The position numbers and the translations under genes are program-made. This document shows positions 33,221 to 46,180 of a stretch of DNA of 64,000 nt, piece by piece. Positions within the stretch are counted from its first letter, which is position 1. Every line of letters begins with the position of its first letter. Source of the stretch: Octopus sinensis (taxonomy: Eukaryota). The notes under the pieces were generated by a model. That model ran no database searches and was not told where the DNA came from. It saw only the letters and a program-made list of their open reading frames with translations. The stretch lies in contig NC_042998.1 of NCBI RefSeq assembly GCF_006345805.1, forward strand, positions 39,432,001-39,496,000, in the 5' to 3' direction.

Positions 33221-34367
33221 CTTTCTCACCTTCCCATGTGTTAAACTAATACACCTGTTTGTTGTGTACACACCCATCTTCATCTTTTGTTTTTTTGTAA
33301 ATTCCAACTATATAGATATATATATACATACACACACATGTATATACGGTAATTGTACCATCTTCATATATGATTACCATCTATTTGTGCTTCCTCACTG
33401 CCAACAGAATTTCTGACTTACCATCCATGGCTTTCTAGATCACTATTCAGCCCCAGTACAATTCTGCACAGCTTGAAGCCCAGAACACAGATTAAAGTTG
33501 TAACTTTCTGCTTCCAACAGGTTGGGGCCAGCCACACTGCCAGCCTTCCATCCCCATAGGACTTTGAGTAGATTGAATAACCAATGAGGTCAGCATCAAT
33601 AAACCTCTGTACAGAACCGGGTTATAGTCTGGATAGATGATTCATCTAAACATGAGAAATATGCACAGAACATTGTTCAATTGCATGTAGTTTTTCCTAA
33701 GGCAGAAATTAAACTTGGCAACCACTTTATCTTACTCTCCTTTGAGGTATCCCTGTAGCTACAGCAACACACTTGTATCTGTCACTTCTACACCTTAAAT
33801 CTCTCAACTGGCACAAAGCCACACACCCTCAATACTACTCCCCACTTCCCTGTTGAAAGGTTTTGTCATGCAAGTTACCTGGGTGACCCTATCAGTGATG
33901 GTGCCACATAAAAAAAACACCCAGTATATACTCTGTAAAGTGGTTGGCATTAAGAAGGGTATCCAGCTATAGAAACAATGCCAAAACAGACAATTGAACC
34001 TCATGTGGCCCCCTAGCTTTGCCAGCTCCTGTCAAGTTGTCCAATCCATGCCAGCATGGAAATCAGACTTAAATGAACCAATCAGTTCTAGAGAGTTGCT
34101 GTAGTTTTCAACAATACATCGTGCAACGATAACTAAGAGTTGGGCAAACTAAGCTTTTGAGAATCAAATATCTTAGTTTAGATACAAATACAGTATCGGC
34201 TATGAAGGGTTAACCATACGCCTAGGAGTTTGATACCCTACTATCCAAACCTACATATGCTCCAGCTTCAAATGACCTGCATTTGCACACTTTTTTAATG
34301 AAAAGTAAATTGAAAAACATTTACTAAAAGAAATGTAAAATGGATATAAAAAAAATCATTTACTTAC

Positions 34368-35046
34368 TTTCAGATCTCTGTGCAAAACTCCTTTCTTATG
34401 TACATAATCCACAGCTTCAACAATTTGATCAAAATAATCTAAAACAACTTCAGGATTCCGCTTCTCTGTGTGTTGTGTGAGCCAGTCTTTTAAGGTTTCA
34501 CGCTTACACAACATCATTTGTATATAAAGATACATTTTAGGACTATTGTTTTTCTTGTTTTTTGAGACATTATCATCTTTTTTACAAGCCACTTGGTCTT
34601 TTGGTTTACTGTCATCAACTGTCAATTGTTTCTCGCTAGGAAAGGGCAGTTGTACTGAATTGTCATAACTGCTTAGTCCCTTCTCTTCACAGCCTGAGTC
34701 TTGGAATATTATACTCAAAGATGGTTCAGATTTTGCATATTGCTGAAAAGGAATTCCTTTATTTTGGGTTTCATTGCTACTATTGCTCTGCCTGCTTTCA
34801 TTTTTGGAATCACTTTGTAGATTTGTGTCAGAGATACTGAAAGAACCACTCTCATCATTTTCTTTATAACTTGAGAATCCACCACTAACACCATTAGTCT
34901 TTGGGAAAATATTGGAAAAGTCGAGATCATTGAAAGGTCGCAGTGGATTACGATAAAGACAATCAGCAATATGATTAGTGGGTTTTTCTGAGGTAACACC
35001 AGAGGGAGTTGTGGTTTGTGTAACTGGACTTGGAGTAAGACAAACG
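34368..35046 (-). CDS. EIF2AK3: PERK large exon: Ser-rich kinase insert plus subdomains V-VIb (...YLYIQMMLCKRETLKDWL...FDQIVEAVDYVHKKGVLHRDLK)
   Basis: TTTCAG acceptor, GTAAGT donor, 679 nt phase 2-0. YLYIQM.LC...L.DW and HRDLK motifs. Confidence 0.96.
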
Positions 35047-35226
35047 CTGAAATGAAAGAACATAAAATATTCACCTCAATGAGCAGAAACAATTTTCAAC
35101 TGCATTCCACAAAATATTCAAATTAGCTTAAAAACAGTTTTACCTGTGTTACTGAAAACAAAAATTTTACTAGAAAAGCTTGAAAAAAAATATAAAAAAG
35201 CTGTTATAAATTAGTTACAATGTCAG

Positions 35227-35350
35227 ATTATATTTGCACCTGAGCGCTTGATAACAGATTAGATTTGAACCTGTGTGCTTGACCGCAGATTAGATTTGCA
35301 CCTGAGTGCTTGACCACCAATTACATTTGCATCTGAATGCTTGACCACAG
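35227..35350. repeat. 31-bp minisatellite, 4 copies
   Basis: ATTAGATTTGCACCTGAGTGCTTGACCACAG-like units start at 35227, 35258, 35289 and 35320. Confidence 0.9.
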
Positions 35351-36186
35351 AGGTTGTATTTTAGACAAGTGGAAGAAAGTTTTATACATACAAACCAATA
35401 TAAATATTTTCAAGATTGAAAATATGACTAATTAGCCAAGTAAGGAAACTAACGACAAATGAACGAAGCAAGTCATAAGAAGCAGCTCCTTCTAATAATA
35501 AAATCTTGGCAACAAAAATAATGGTGAGAATGTGAAAATGAAGTCATCCAATTTCATTGCAGAATCAATTGAAAATCTTCAGCAATTAATTTCAAATTTG
35601 AAAGTAACTTTGGTTTTAGGCTAATGGTTTTGTGAGATGACAATTAAGTGCTAAGACCTGGAGATTGAACCAGTAATAACATATGACTTGCGGAAAAGGA
35701 GGAAGAAACCATGTTTACTGGATTACTAGAGTAGAAAGTACCATGTCAAGATATCTAATTACCATCAGATCAAAGACATGATCTAAACACTTGCAATAGA
35801 GTTGGCTTTCCTAAAGACAGCTGAAAGCTAAAAACAACAGATTAGGTCTATCACCAATATGGGAAGCAATAAAGAAGGTATATAATTTCAGTTCTTTGGA
35901 TAAGTGAGGAAAATGAATATTGATGGTAACTGGACTAAGCCAACACAAGTAAACTGTCAGATAACCATGAGAAAATTCAAACGGTAGTGACTGAAATAAA
36001 GGAAATAAATAATCCATCGTTATTTTTAGTTAACAATTTTCAAGAATGTATATTATCATTTTTATCCCCAGTAACTCTTTCTTGAAGAAAAGAAAAGGTG
36101 CAACCACACCTCCATTTATACCTCTTTACACAAACACACACACATTCCAAATGATTCAAAGGAGACTGAAATGAATATTGACTTAC

Positions 36187-36330
36187 TTATTGCCCAGTTC
36201 TAAATCCATCTTTTCCTGCCATCCAACAGGTGGGCACTCGAACCAAGATTGGAAATAACGAACAATTCCAGCATGGTCAAGACTTGCAAGTGTGGTCACT
36301 TCTCTCATTACCTTTTCTTCGCTGCTTGCA
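36187..36330 (-). CDS. EIF2AK3: PERK exon, helix C and subdomain IV ([47 protein letters not shown])
   Basis: CAG/GTAAGT, 144 nt phase 2-2. EKVMREV..LA.L.H.GIVRYF..W.E.PP..WQEKMD is PERK-specific. Confidence 0.96.
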
Positions 36331-37029
36331 CTGAAGAGAAACAAAGAACAATCAAAATTCAAGAAATTTAATTTAAATCAATAGAAATAACCATATTTAA
36401 TTAAATAACTTCAAAAAATACCTTGAATATTTTTGAATTAAACATATTTAGATTAATAGAGCAAAGTGGCTGAGTTCCTTTCGAGTGCGGAGAAGTGTTG
36501 GGCCTTGAGAAGAAGACCCATCAGGCCAAGCAAAATTGCAGTTGTGGCAGATACTGGTGTCACGCAAATGGCACCCATGCCGGTGGCACGTAAAAGCACC
36601 CATTACACTATCAGAGTGGTTGGCATTAGGAAGGGCATCCAGCCATAGAAAACTATGTCAAATCAAACTGGAGTCTGGTGCAGCCTTCCAGCTTGCCAGC
36701 GCTGGTCAAACCATCCAACACATGAGACAACAGACGTTAAATGATGATGATGATGATGATGATTACAACATAAGCTGTTGGCAGAATATAAGAACCTAAG
36801 CCAGCATTCTATATGGCTGAAAGTCCTGATAGTCGTGTATGTGACTCCATAACTGAGGAAATGGGATTGATTCAGTTATACTGGAAAGCTCCTGTCAAAT
36901 GGTGCCAATCCGAATTTCTCACTATTTCTTCACATGAGGTGCAGTGAAATAATAGAAAGCTTATCAGAGAAGGCAAGTGTTTGTAGCACAGGAGTCATAA
37001 GAAAATGACTTTCACAAATGGCCCCAGAG

Positions 37030-37790
37030 GATCATTAGAAGTAGTGGATGAGGATTGCTAGTGAGGGGACAAAATCAGTAATGGGGGAGGATGTCCAAAG
37101 AGTGTAATAGCTAGAATAAGTATAGGATGGAAAAAATTTCAAAGAGCTTTTTTACCTATCTTGGCAACCAAAGGTCTCTTTCTTTCTGAATCAAAGGAAA
37201 TTTGTGTGAAGCATGCATACAAACAGCAATTCTACAAGGGACATGCAAAGGACGTGTGAAGGTTAGAGCGCAATGAGGCTGGTTATGCTCTGCTGTATGT
37301 GTAATGTTAGTGTACATGTTCGACAGAGTGATGGTGCTTTGAGAAAGAGAGGTTAGGCATAAGAGGAATTGAGTGCAGTTGTGCAAGAGAGAGGACTGTC
37401 CTGGTTTGGCCACAAGATACAAATGGATGCCAACAGCTCCATAAAGAAAAGGCAGATCTGTCCAAGTGGATGGAAGTGGGAGACCCAGGAAGACATGGGC
37501 CAAAGTAGTGAAGGGACAACCTCGACACACTGAACCTTTCAGATGACAAAAGACTGAGATTCTTGGCATCTTGCTGCACTCAAGAAGACCATTCTGCAAA
37601 AGTTGTAGCAGAGCCATGTAAAAAGTTCTACACCCAGCACACATGGTAATGTGGTTGGCATTAGGAAGGACATCGAGCCAGAGAAACAAGTTAAACTGGA
37701 ACTTGGTGCAGCTTTCCAGCTTGTGAACTCCTGTGAAACCGTCCAATTCATGTCTTCATGAACAACAGATGTTAAACAATGATGATGATT
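37030..37790 (+). mobile_element. Old RTE LINE 3' fragment with tail
   Basis: Degenerate homology to 23440-24015 and to the (GAT)n tail. Confidence 0.7.
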
Positions 37791-38091
37791 TGGATCTTGG
37801 AGGTGGAGTTTATAGTGGCAGCTTAAGACCAAGCCATTACATTGTTAATAAATCTTATGCTTAAACCTTATACTTTGAAGAACTTTCAAACTAAAAGCAG
37901 TTCATCTCTGTTATGGACATTGATTGGGGAATCTTAGACTGACATATAAAAAAAACTGCCTAAAATACAAAACAAATTTAGAAATTGTAATATATTTATT
38001 GTTTAATATCATATTTATGCTGTGTTTTTGAAAACAAATAAAATATATTTTACACATATGCTACCAAAGGGAAAAAAAAAGTGTCACTTAC

Positions 38092-38214
38092 CATTTTGGT
38101 AGACATATTCTTTTGACAGCATACTGACAAGAATCAAATTTATTTTTAGCTACAAAGACAATCCCAAAAGCCCCATGGCTGAGTTTCTCGACGTGCTCAA
38201 AATCTGTGTAATAT
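38092..38214 (-). CDS. EIF2AK3: PERK exon, subdomains I-II ([40 protein letters not shown])
   Basis: TTTTACAG acceptor, GTAAGT donor, 123 nt phase 2-2. Y.TDFE, the P-loop and the YAVKRI catalytic Lys are present. Confidence 0.96.
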
Positions 38215-38454
38215 CTGTAAAAAGCAAAACAACTTTCATTTCGCATTTCAAAGATAAAGAAGAATTTTTGGGGCCCCACAGAGGAAATTACATATCATAT
38301 CGCCCGATGCATCAGGGTACTTTTAAATGGGCCACACATCCAAAAAGTCTCTAAGTATTGAATCCTAAACAAACAAGCCTGACCATTCCAATACAAAAGC
38401 CACGCCTCTTTACCTCGTCCCCCCCCCCCGCCTTCTCAAACTTTTTTTCTTCTT

Positions 38455-39075
38455 ATTTAGTGTTTGCTTTCCATGCTGGCATGGGTTGGATGGTCTGACT
38501 GAAACTGGTAAGCTGGAGAGCTGCACCAAGTTCCAGTCTGGTTTGCTATGGTTTCTACAGCCGGATGCCCTTCCTAATGCCAACCACTCCAAGAGTATAA
38601 TGGGTTCTTTTTACATGTCACTGGCACAGGTGCCAGTTACATGACGCCAGCATCAGCCATAACTATGATTTCACTTGGCTTGCCGGGTCATTTCAAACAC
38701 AACATATCACCAAAGGTCTCGGGCACTTATCCCCTCCATGAGGCCCAACATTCAAAGGGTGCTTTTAACACGCTACTAGCACAGGTGTCAGCTACGTGAC
38801 ACTGGCACTGGCCACAACAGTTTCACTTGGCTTGACAGATCTTCTCATCTATCTAGATTTGCCATTTATATATATATATATATATGCGTGCGGGTGGCAC
38901 GTAAAAAGCACCCACTACACTTACAGAGTGGTTGGCGTTAGGAAGGGCATCCAGCCGTAGAAACACTGCCAGATCAGACTGGGCCTGGTGCAGCCTTCTG
39001 GCTTCCCAGACCCCAGTCGAATCATCCAACCCACGCTAGCATGGAAAGCGGATGCTAAATGATGATGATGATGAT
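38455..39075. mobile_element. Second head-to-head pair of RTE 3'-tail elements around (TA)n (- copy about 38455-38850; TA 38867-38885; + copy 38886-39075)
   Basis: Mutually inverted CCATGC..GCATGG / GTGGTTGGC..TAGGAAGGGCATCC blocks. Confidence 0.85.
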
Positions 39076-39914
39076 ATATATTAGAGTGAGAGAAACATTT
39101 CTACAATTTAGAGAAATGGCATTATCAAAAAACTAGAGAATATTACTGCTTCTCAAAATCACTTAAATAATAATAATAATAATAATACAAGAGAAATTTG
39201 GTTCAATTGTCTGAATATACACAGCATAGAAACCCTAAGTGATGTGGGTAGTAGAGAAGTTAGTTTGGAATCCTTGAGGCATGGAAGTTAACAGGGAAAC
39301 TAGAGTGAGTTAAGTTTAATGAAATGCAGCTGAAGTAGGTGAAGCTTTTGATGAGGAAGTGGGGCCAATGAGTAAGAGATGAAGAGAAAGGAAATTGCGG
39401 GACACGTTAAGACATTCAACTGAACTTGGTTGCTGGCTGGTTTGTGTTAAAGGCACTTTTTAATCACCCTGTAAATCTCTGGCATAATAATTTCTTTTAA
39501 GATGTTTTGGCCAACATTGGTGCTTTATTATAATTCTTCTAAACAAAGCAGTGAGCTGGCAGAATTGTTAGCATGGCAGCCTTTTTTGCTGTCTTTACGT
39601 TCTGAGTTCAAATTCCACCAAGGTGGACTTTGTCTTTCATTCTTTCAGGGTCAATGAAATAAATACCAGCCACACACTGGGGTCAATGTAATTGATTACC
39701 CCCATCCCTACAAAATTCCAGGCTTTTTGCCTATAGCAGAAATTATTATCATTCTTTTCAATGATCTTTTTATATTATGATAGACAGAATGACTTTTGCA
39801 AATGTGGACACTAGAATATTATTGGAGCAAAGGGTTTACAACTGGGAGAGAGAGTTAGACACAGACAGACAGACAGAAAGAAACAGAGAGAGAGAGAGAG
39901 AAAGCAGGACTTAC

Positions 39915-40021
39915 TTGGAAACATACTCGATTTCACTGGGAACTTGTAATGAGCCTGGTCGGGTCAGCTCTTCTTTCGGTTGTTTTGACACAACTAATTC
40001 TTCACCAGATTTTGTCTCGTC
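39915..40021 (-). CDS. EIF2AK3: PERK juxtamembrane exon (DETKSGEELVVSKQPKEELTRPGSLQVPSEIEYVS)
   Basis: CAG/GTAAGT, 107 nt phase 0-2. It bridges the phases of both neighbouring exons, and YVS precedes Y.TDFE as in PERK. Confidence 0.88.
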
Positions 40022-42614
40022 CTGGATGTAGTTTAAAGAAAAACATAATTAGAACATAAAAATCAATATAAAACCTGAATACTCAATGCAAATTAAATAA
40101 TGCAGAGGAGAAGTTAAAGCAAGATGATAAATAGATGTTCCCTGACTTGATTCGCTTTATTAATACAGAAAAAATCTCTTTGTGCTTCATTGAAAATGAA
40201 TTCTTTGTTGCAAGGTGTATTATGTATATACTGTTTACCATGTGGCTTATGTGAAGGTGCGTGGCCAAGTGGTTAGATCAGTGCACTCACAATCACCAGG
40301 TTATGGGTTCAATTCCTGGACTAAGGGGCATGTTTTGTTCATGAGCAAAACACTTCATTTCAAGTTGCTTTCGTCTACTTAGCTGTAAATGGATTAGTCT
40401 GCAACAGACTGGTCTTCCCATCAGTGGGGGATGTTGGCCCACTCACCTCACCAGCAGGGTGCAATCGTTCATAATTCACCTTTTGTACCTTAATAGCTTT
40501 GGTTAGATGAAAATTAGCTTTGAAATGGCCATCAACAACAAATGATAAAATATTGTAATAGATACAATAGAATGCTGATGTCAGGGTGAGAAAATTTGAA
40601 TCTTTGGCTTGTAATACTCTCAAGCTGACCAGTAGCAACTCTACAGCATATTCTGAGAAAGACTTTCTTTTGCAATCATACAAATTCTGAAAAGTATCAT
40701 CAAATTTTGTACAAAGATATCTCCAAGTTACTTCCTTTAAAACAAATTTTTAACAAAAATCATTCTTGATATTGATTTAGAAATAAATTTGTTAGAACAA
40801 CTAAGCAGCTGACAATAATAAGGATGTCTTATTGTGCAAATGACCGCTGACCGCTACTGAGCAAGAATAATGCTTCAGTCTAACAGTGATTCCACTCAAC
40901 AACTTCTGAAATTAACTGGGATTTAATCTCTTGGGTGTGATTTGCATTTTGCTTGGAGGAATATTATATTAAACAAGACAATTCAGTTTATCAGTAACAC
41001 ACTTGTAGTCGAGGTCAACAACATACAACGTACAAATAAAGTGAATTAAATTCCATTTTTTATAATGTCCTCAGCACACAATGTGCAATTTAGTAATAAA
41101 ATGGAAATAATATATCTATATCAAATACAGAAAATGAACTGTGCAAATGTAAACAGAATTAAATGACATATTATTTCGAATAAATGTGACATTTATGCAG
41201 ATCAGACTACATAAATATGATTAAATACTGTCCTATGAAAATGTTTCAAATGAATACTAAACAATGTGAGTGTAGAAAGAAGTTGATGCAGGAACTATTA
41301 CATCAACAAAGCAAGGAAACATTGATTTTAGACACACTGACATTGATGCTGGAGAGAACTTCTATAAATTTGAGAAAGCAAACATTTTGGTGAAATGTGT
41401 GCCAATGCTTAAGTGTTTCTGTGAATCGTTCTTACCAAAATACATGGCAGGATCTCCAACATAGACCGCAGTATAAGATTAAAAGACTCTATCTACAATA
41501 AAAAGTTTATTTATTCAATCATTCACCTTCTAATAAATAATAGAGATCAAACTGGATTAATTTAACTGAACAGCCAACATTAATATTTCTAATTTTGGTG
41601 ATTACAATTAAATAAGTCTTAGACATACATATAACTCAATCTAGAATAATGAGGTGGTGACTCAGCAATAAAGAATTAAACGAGATGATTTTAGAAGCTT
41701 ATAATTTAAAATTTTAATGACTTGTTGATCTTTACTACTGACACAAGGTCACAGATATTATGAGTGGCAAAAGCAGAGAACAATAGTTGTTGGGCTTCCC
41801 AAAAGGCTAACTTCCTTTCTGACTATGGTGGGTTACATTCTTAGGCAAAATCTTCAAATCAAAAGCCTCACCATCAAAGCAATCAACACATCAACAAAAC
41901 CTGTCATGACTATCCTTGTGAGATTGTCTTTGTAGATCAAGAGTGTGATGCACATGTCTTGTTAATATCCCATGAGACTGTTGTAGCTGAACTCAGCTGC
42001 TTTCTCAATGCAAACACGTTCATACACATAACCAAAAGAAAGCAATTCACCAATTTATTCTAATGATGGCACACAACTCAAGGAAGTCAGCAGCTTCAAA
42101 TACCTTGAGTTCTATGGTGCTAGCAATAAAAAACTTCTTTACATGTGAGTTAAAGGTCTGGAGTAACTGTAACAAGCTCCCCAACAACTAGCAATTAACT
42201 GTTTCAAAGTTAACAAAGCTGGCCTTCTTTAGGATGTATGTAAAAAACATTATTTTCTATGTGTAATATGAAGGAGCTTCAAGACTGTCCTTACATACAC
42301 AAGGTTTCTCAACAAGTCTCAAAACATCTCATGGCATAAGCATAAGGTCAATGAGTAGATTTAAGAGCCAATGCAGGGTAGGCTTTACTGGCCACTGCTA
42401 ATGTGCTAAATAACAGCCACGCCAGATGTTATACAGTGGAAACTGTGCACCTCAATAGAAGACAAAACCACTCAGTAAATAGCCAGTGAGAACATGAAAC
42501 TTAAATGAATGAAGTAGAGAGACAGTGTAGAATATCAAGATGCATCTCAGCCATTTAGGTCAGACCACTTATAAAATACAAAAGGAGGGGAAAGATGAAA
42601 AGAAAAGAAATTGA

Positions 42615-43525
42615 CTGCGGTTCTTGATTGGGACCACAATTTACTGACTTCAGAAGAATGGAAGATAAATTGCAAGGGCAATTTGGATTTATCCCTGACT
42701 CCAGCTGCTGTGATCAACTTATCGAATTTCTTGAAGACATCACCCGGGTCATTGATGGTGGCTCATGGATGGATGTTGTTTACCTTGACTTTGCTAAAGC
42801 TTTTGATTCTGTGCCACACAAAAGACTTATGACAAAACTCTCTGCAATGGGTGTGAAAGATGATCTTTTAAACTGGTTCGAGTCCTTCATTCTCAGCCGA
42901 AAAGAGGTAGTCACGGTTCTAGGACAGCATTCTTCACTCTATGAAATGTCATCTGGTGTACTGCAAGGATCTGTTTTTGGTTCCCTTTTGTTTGTTGCAT
43001 ACATAAATGACATAGATGCAAACTCAAAGAATGCCACAGTGCTGAAATATGCAGATGACATCAAGCTGTACCTTGAGATAAAAAGGACAGATCCTGAACA
43101 CTAGATCTTTCCTGCAATCTGACCAGGACACAATGCAACAATGGATCACAGACTCGCAACTCAAGCTGGCTGTGGACAAGTGTAAATATTACCATGCATT
43201 TTGGGAGGAAAAACCCAACATCCACATCCTCTCTCCACAACACTAATATCAAGAAGTCTTTTTGTGAACGTGACCCGGGCATTACTGTCAGCAGCGATTT
43301 GCGCTGGAAAAAGCACATCTCTAGAATTGTCAAGAAGGTCGAGGGTGTCTTGGCATTACTCAACAAGACCTTTGTCAGCCACTCACCAGCTATCTGTTTA
43401 AGCCTCAGCCATATAGTGCACCTGAGTACTATATGGCTATGGTGCATCCACACCTGGAATTTGATTCACCAGTCTGGAACCCCTACCTTGTTCAGGACAT
43501 TGACCTCCTGGGAACTGTTCAGAGA
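42615..43525 (+). mobile_element. CR1-clade LINE RT fragment
   Basis: QFGF...SC..QL, DVVYLDFAKAFDSVPH, GVLQGSVFGSLLF..YIND, YADDIKLY and WNPY peptides. Frameshifted. Confidence 0.88.
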
Positions 43526-43539
43526 CATGTCTCTGGCAC

Positions 43540-44330
43540 AAGAACCAATCAGGTGGCACTGGCATCAACCACATTCGAATGGTACTGTTTACGTGCCACC
43601 AGTACAGGTGGCCAGTCAGGCAGCACTGGCCATGACTACAATTTCGATTTCACTCAACAGGTATTCTCAAGCATATCACATCACCAGACAATTCGAGGGT
43701 ACTTTTAAATGAGTCGGTTATGTGACACTGGCATAGGCCACGGTTATGGTCTCACTTGACTTGCTGGTTCTTCTCAATCACAGCATATCTCCAAAGGTCT
43801 CGGTCTCTTGTCATTGCGTCTGTGAGGCCCAACATTCAAAGGTTGTGCATCACCACCTGATCCCATGTCTTCCTCTTCCACAGATTCTTTCCACTGTTAG
43901 GGTGTGACACTTCTTCACACAGCTGTCCTCATCCATACGCAACACATGACCATACCAGCACAGTCGTCTCTCTTGCACACCACATCTGATGCTTCTTATG
44001 TCCAACTTTTTTCTCAGGGCACTTACACTGTCATGTATGCACACTGACATTACACATCCAGCGGATCATACTAGCTTCATTTCTTTCAAGCCTACGCATG
44101 TCCTCAGCAGTCATGGCCCATGTTTTCACTGCCATGTAGCATGGCTGTTCACACACATGCATCATACAGTCTAACTTTCACTCTGAGTGAGAGGCCCTCT
44201 GTTACCAGCACAGGTAGGTGTTTTCTGAACTTTGCCCAGGCTATTCTTATTCTAGCAGCTATGCTCTCAGAGTATCCACCCCAACTACAAACTTTGTCAC
44301 TTAGGTAGCAGAAGCTATCAACTATTTCAC
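43540..44330 (-). mobile_element. RTE LINE 3' fragment
   Basis: RSIRCGVQERRLCWYGHVLRMDEDSCVKKC on the minus strand, followed by 3'UTR repeats. Confidence 0.88.
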
Positions 44331-45385
44331 GTCCCCTTTATAATCAATCATTCCAAGATTGCTAACATGTTCTTCTTAATTTTGCTCAAAAGCCAAAGTG
44401 AAGTAGGAGAGAATACAGAGTAAGGGCTGAGAAGGATGACTGGTAAAGTTTGAAAGAAGGGAACGACAGAAGGAAACAGAGATGAATGTAGTGAATGGTG
44501 AAGAAGAATGAAGCTGGGGTCAATAGTAAATATCAGTTCAGGTATGAGGGGGGTCAAAGAAATAGGAGTGGATGAGGAAGGAGAAGGGATTAAGTTGCAG
44601 TTCAGGAAGGATGGACAGCAGCAGAATAACAGTAACCTGTAAATAGATCAGAAAATAGGGAGGTGATGAGTGGAATGAGTGATTTAGAGAAAGAGGGTTC
44701 AGAGGTACATAGGAATGGATAGAGGCGGGGGGAGGGCTGTGTCAACTGCAGATATGAAAGAATGTGTTAAAGACAATACATTGCAGTCATAAAAAGGTAA
44801 GTGAGGGGGAAGGAGAGATCACTAGAGATACAAAAGAGGTGATCAACAGAAAATCAAATGGGGGGGAGGGGAGATATTGAGAATGAAAGATAGATGTTAA
44901 AAGGAAACAGTTCCAGGAAGTGGTTGATCAACTGGTGACAGAAAAGGGGAAGGTGGTGAAATGTGTGCAGTTCTGCTCCCATGTGATTACAGCAGCTGAA
45001 TAGTGCCATAGTTAGAAGAGTGATGGAGGGATGGATGTCAGGTGGGGAAGACTTAGGTGCAGGCAAAGGCCCCAGAGAACATTACAGATCATATTCTAAA
45101 TCTACAAATTATTCTTTAATCATGTCATTCTCTAACTGTTGTCTTCTAATCAGCGTACTGAGTGTTAACATTTAGAAAAATGATATTATTCTAATAAAAT
45201 ATGGGTTTCTAGAAACAAGATTATGTGAAATTCAAACTTTTCTGAAGAGCCTTAAAGACAAAGTAAAAAGATCACAACCAAAAACTTCAGTTGAAGATTT
45301 GCCATTAGTTTCTACCAACAGGAGAGTTACTCCTAGACTGATAGATTAAAATGCAAATAAATAACAGCATTAGCCAATCAATTAC

Positions 45386-45524
45386 CTGTTCTTGTGAACT
45401 GGGAAATTTCTCCGAGGAAGTAATGTGATGTTGGTCATGATCAAAATTATTTAAATTATTACGGTAATTAAGAGCCACAGGAATTGTCACAGACAAGACA
45501 ATGGTAATAAGCATAATTTCTTTC
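45386..45524 (-). CDS. EIF2AK3: PERK transmembrane exon ((W)KEIMLITIVLSVTIPVALNYRNN...SSQEQ)
   Basis: TAG/GTAATT, 139 nt phase 2-0. Completes the WWKEI motif that precedes the PERK TM helix. Confidence 0.92.
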
Positions 45525-45919
45525 CTAGAAAATAAAAAAAGAATGAAGAAACACAACACATTAATTACAAACTGAAAAAAATATGAAGTTGGTTTAGAAG
45601 AGGTTTCAAAATTGAAACGTAAATAATTATTCTTGGCATTGCTGCAATAAACACAGAAAATTGCTTATTTGTTAATAACTAGATAGAAATAACTAGGTGA
45701 CGGTATGATAGTGTCAATGTGAATTGTGATGTTAATGGCTTTTTGCAAATGCATTAATAAGACAGTTGTAAATAAGAAAGTGAACTGAGTCACAAGATTG
45801 GTTTTTTGCTGTGGCTTCTCTATACTTTAGTTTGCTCTTTTCCAGAGTTCAAAGAAGCATAAAAGTAGAGTGCAGTTAAAAGTCCTCCTGGACCTTTGAA
45901 AGAATCAAAGCTAACTCAC

Positions 45920-46025
45920 CACCAATCGAAGTAACTGCCTGAAACATCTTTTTCATCGTCAGAAATTTGTTTCTTTTCCTCATCAAAAAGTATTTTGAAA
46001 TCAGGGAAAATATAATAACCATCAT
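45920..46025 (-). CDS. EIF2AK3: PERK luminal juxtamembrane exon ((D)DGYYIFPDFKILFDEEKKQISDDEKDVSGSYFDW)
   Basis: TAG/GTGAGT, 106 nt phase 1-2. Forms YPFDDGYY with the previous exon. Confidence 0.92.
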
Positions 46026-46180
46026 CTAAAATATACACAAAAATAAAATTTGGTCATCATTTAATAAACAATCGTTTCGTGAAGATTATGACATACAGCA
46101 AACTCGATCATCAAAAGGGTTGTGCCAATTCTGCCCATTAGAAAGGAACAAATAATACAATGTAGCTGTAGGTCATAACA

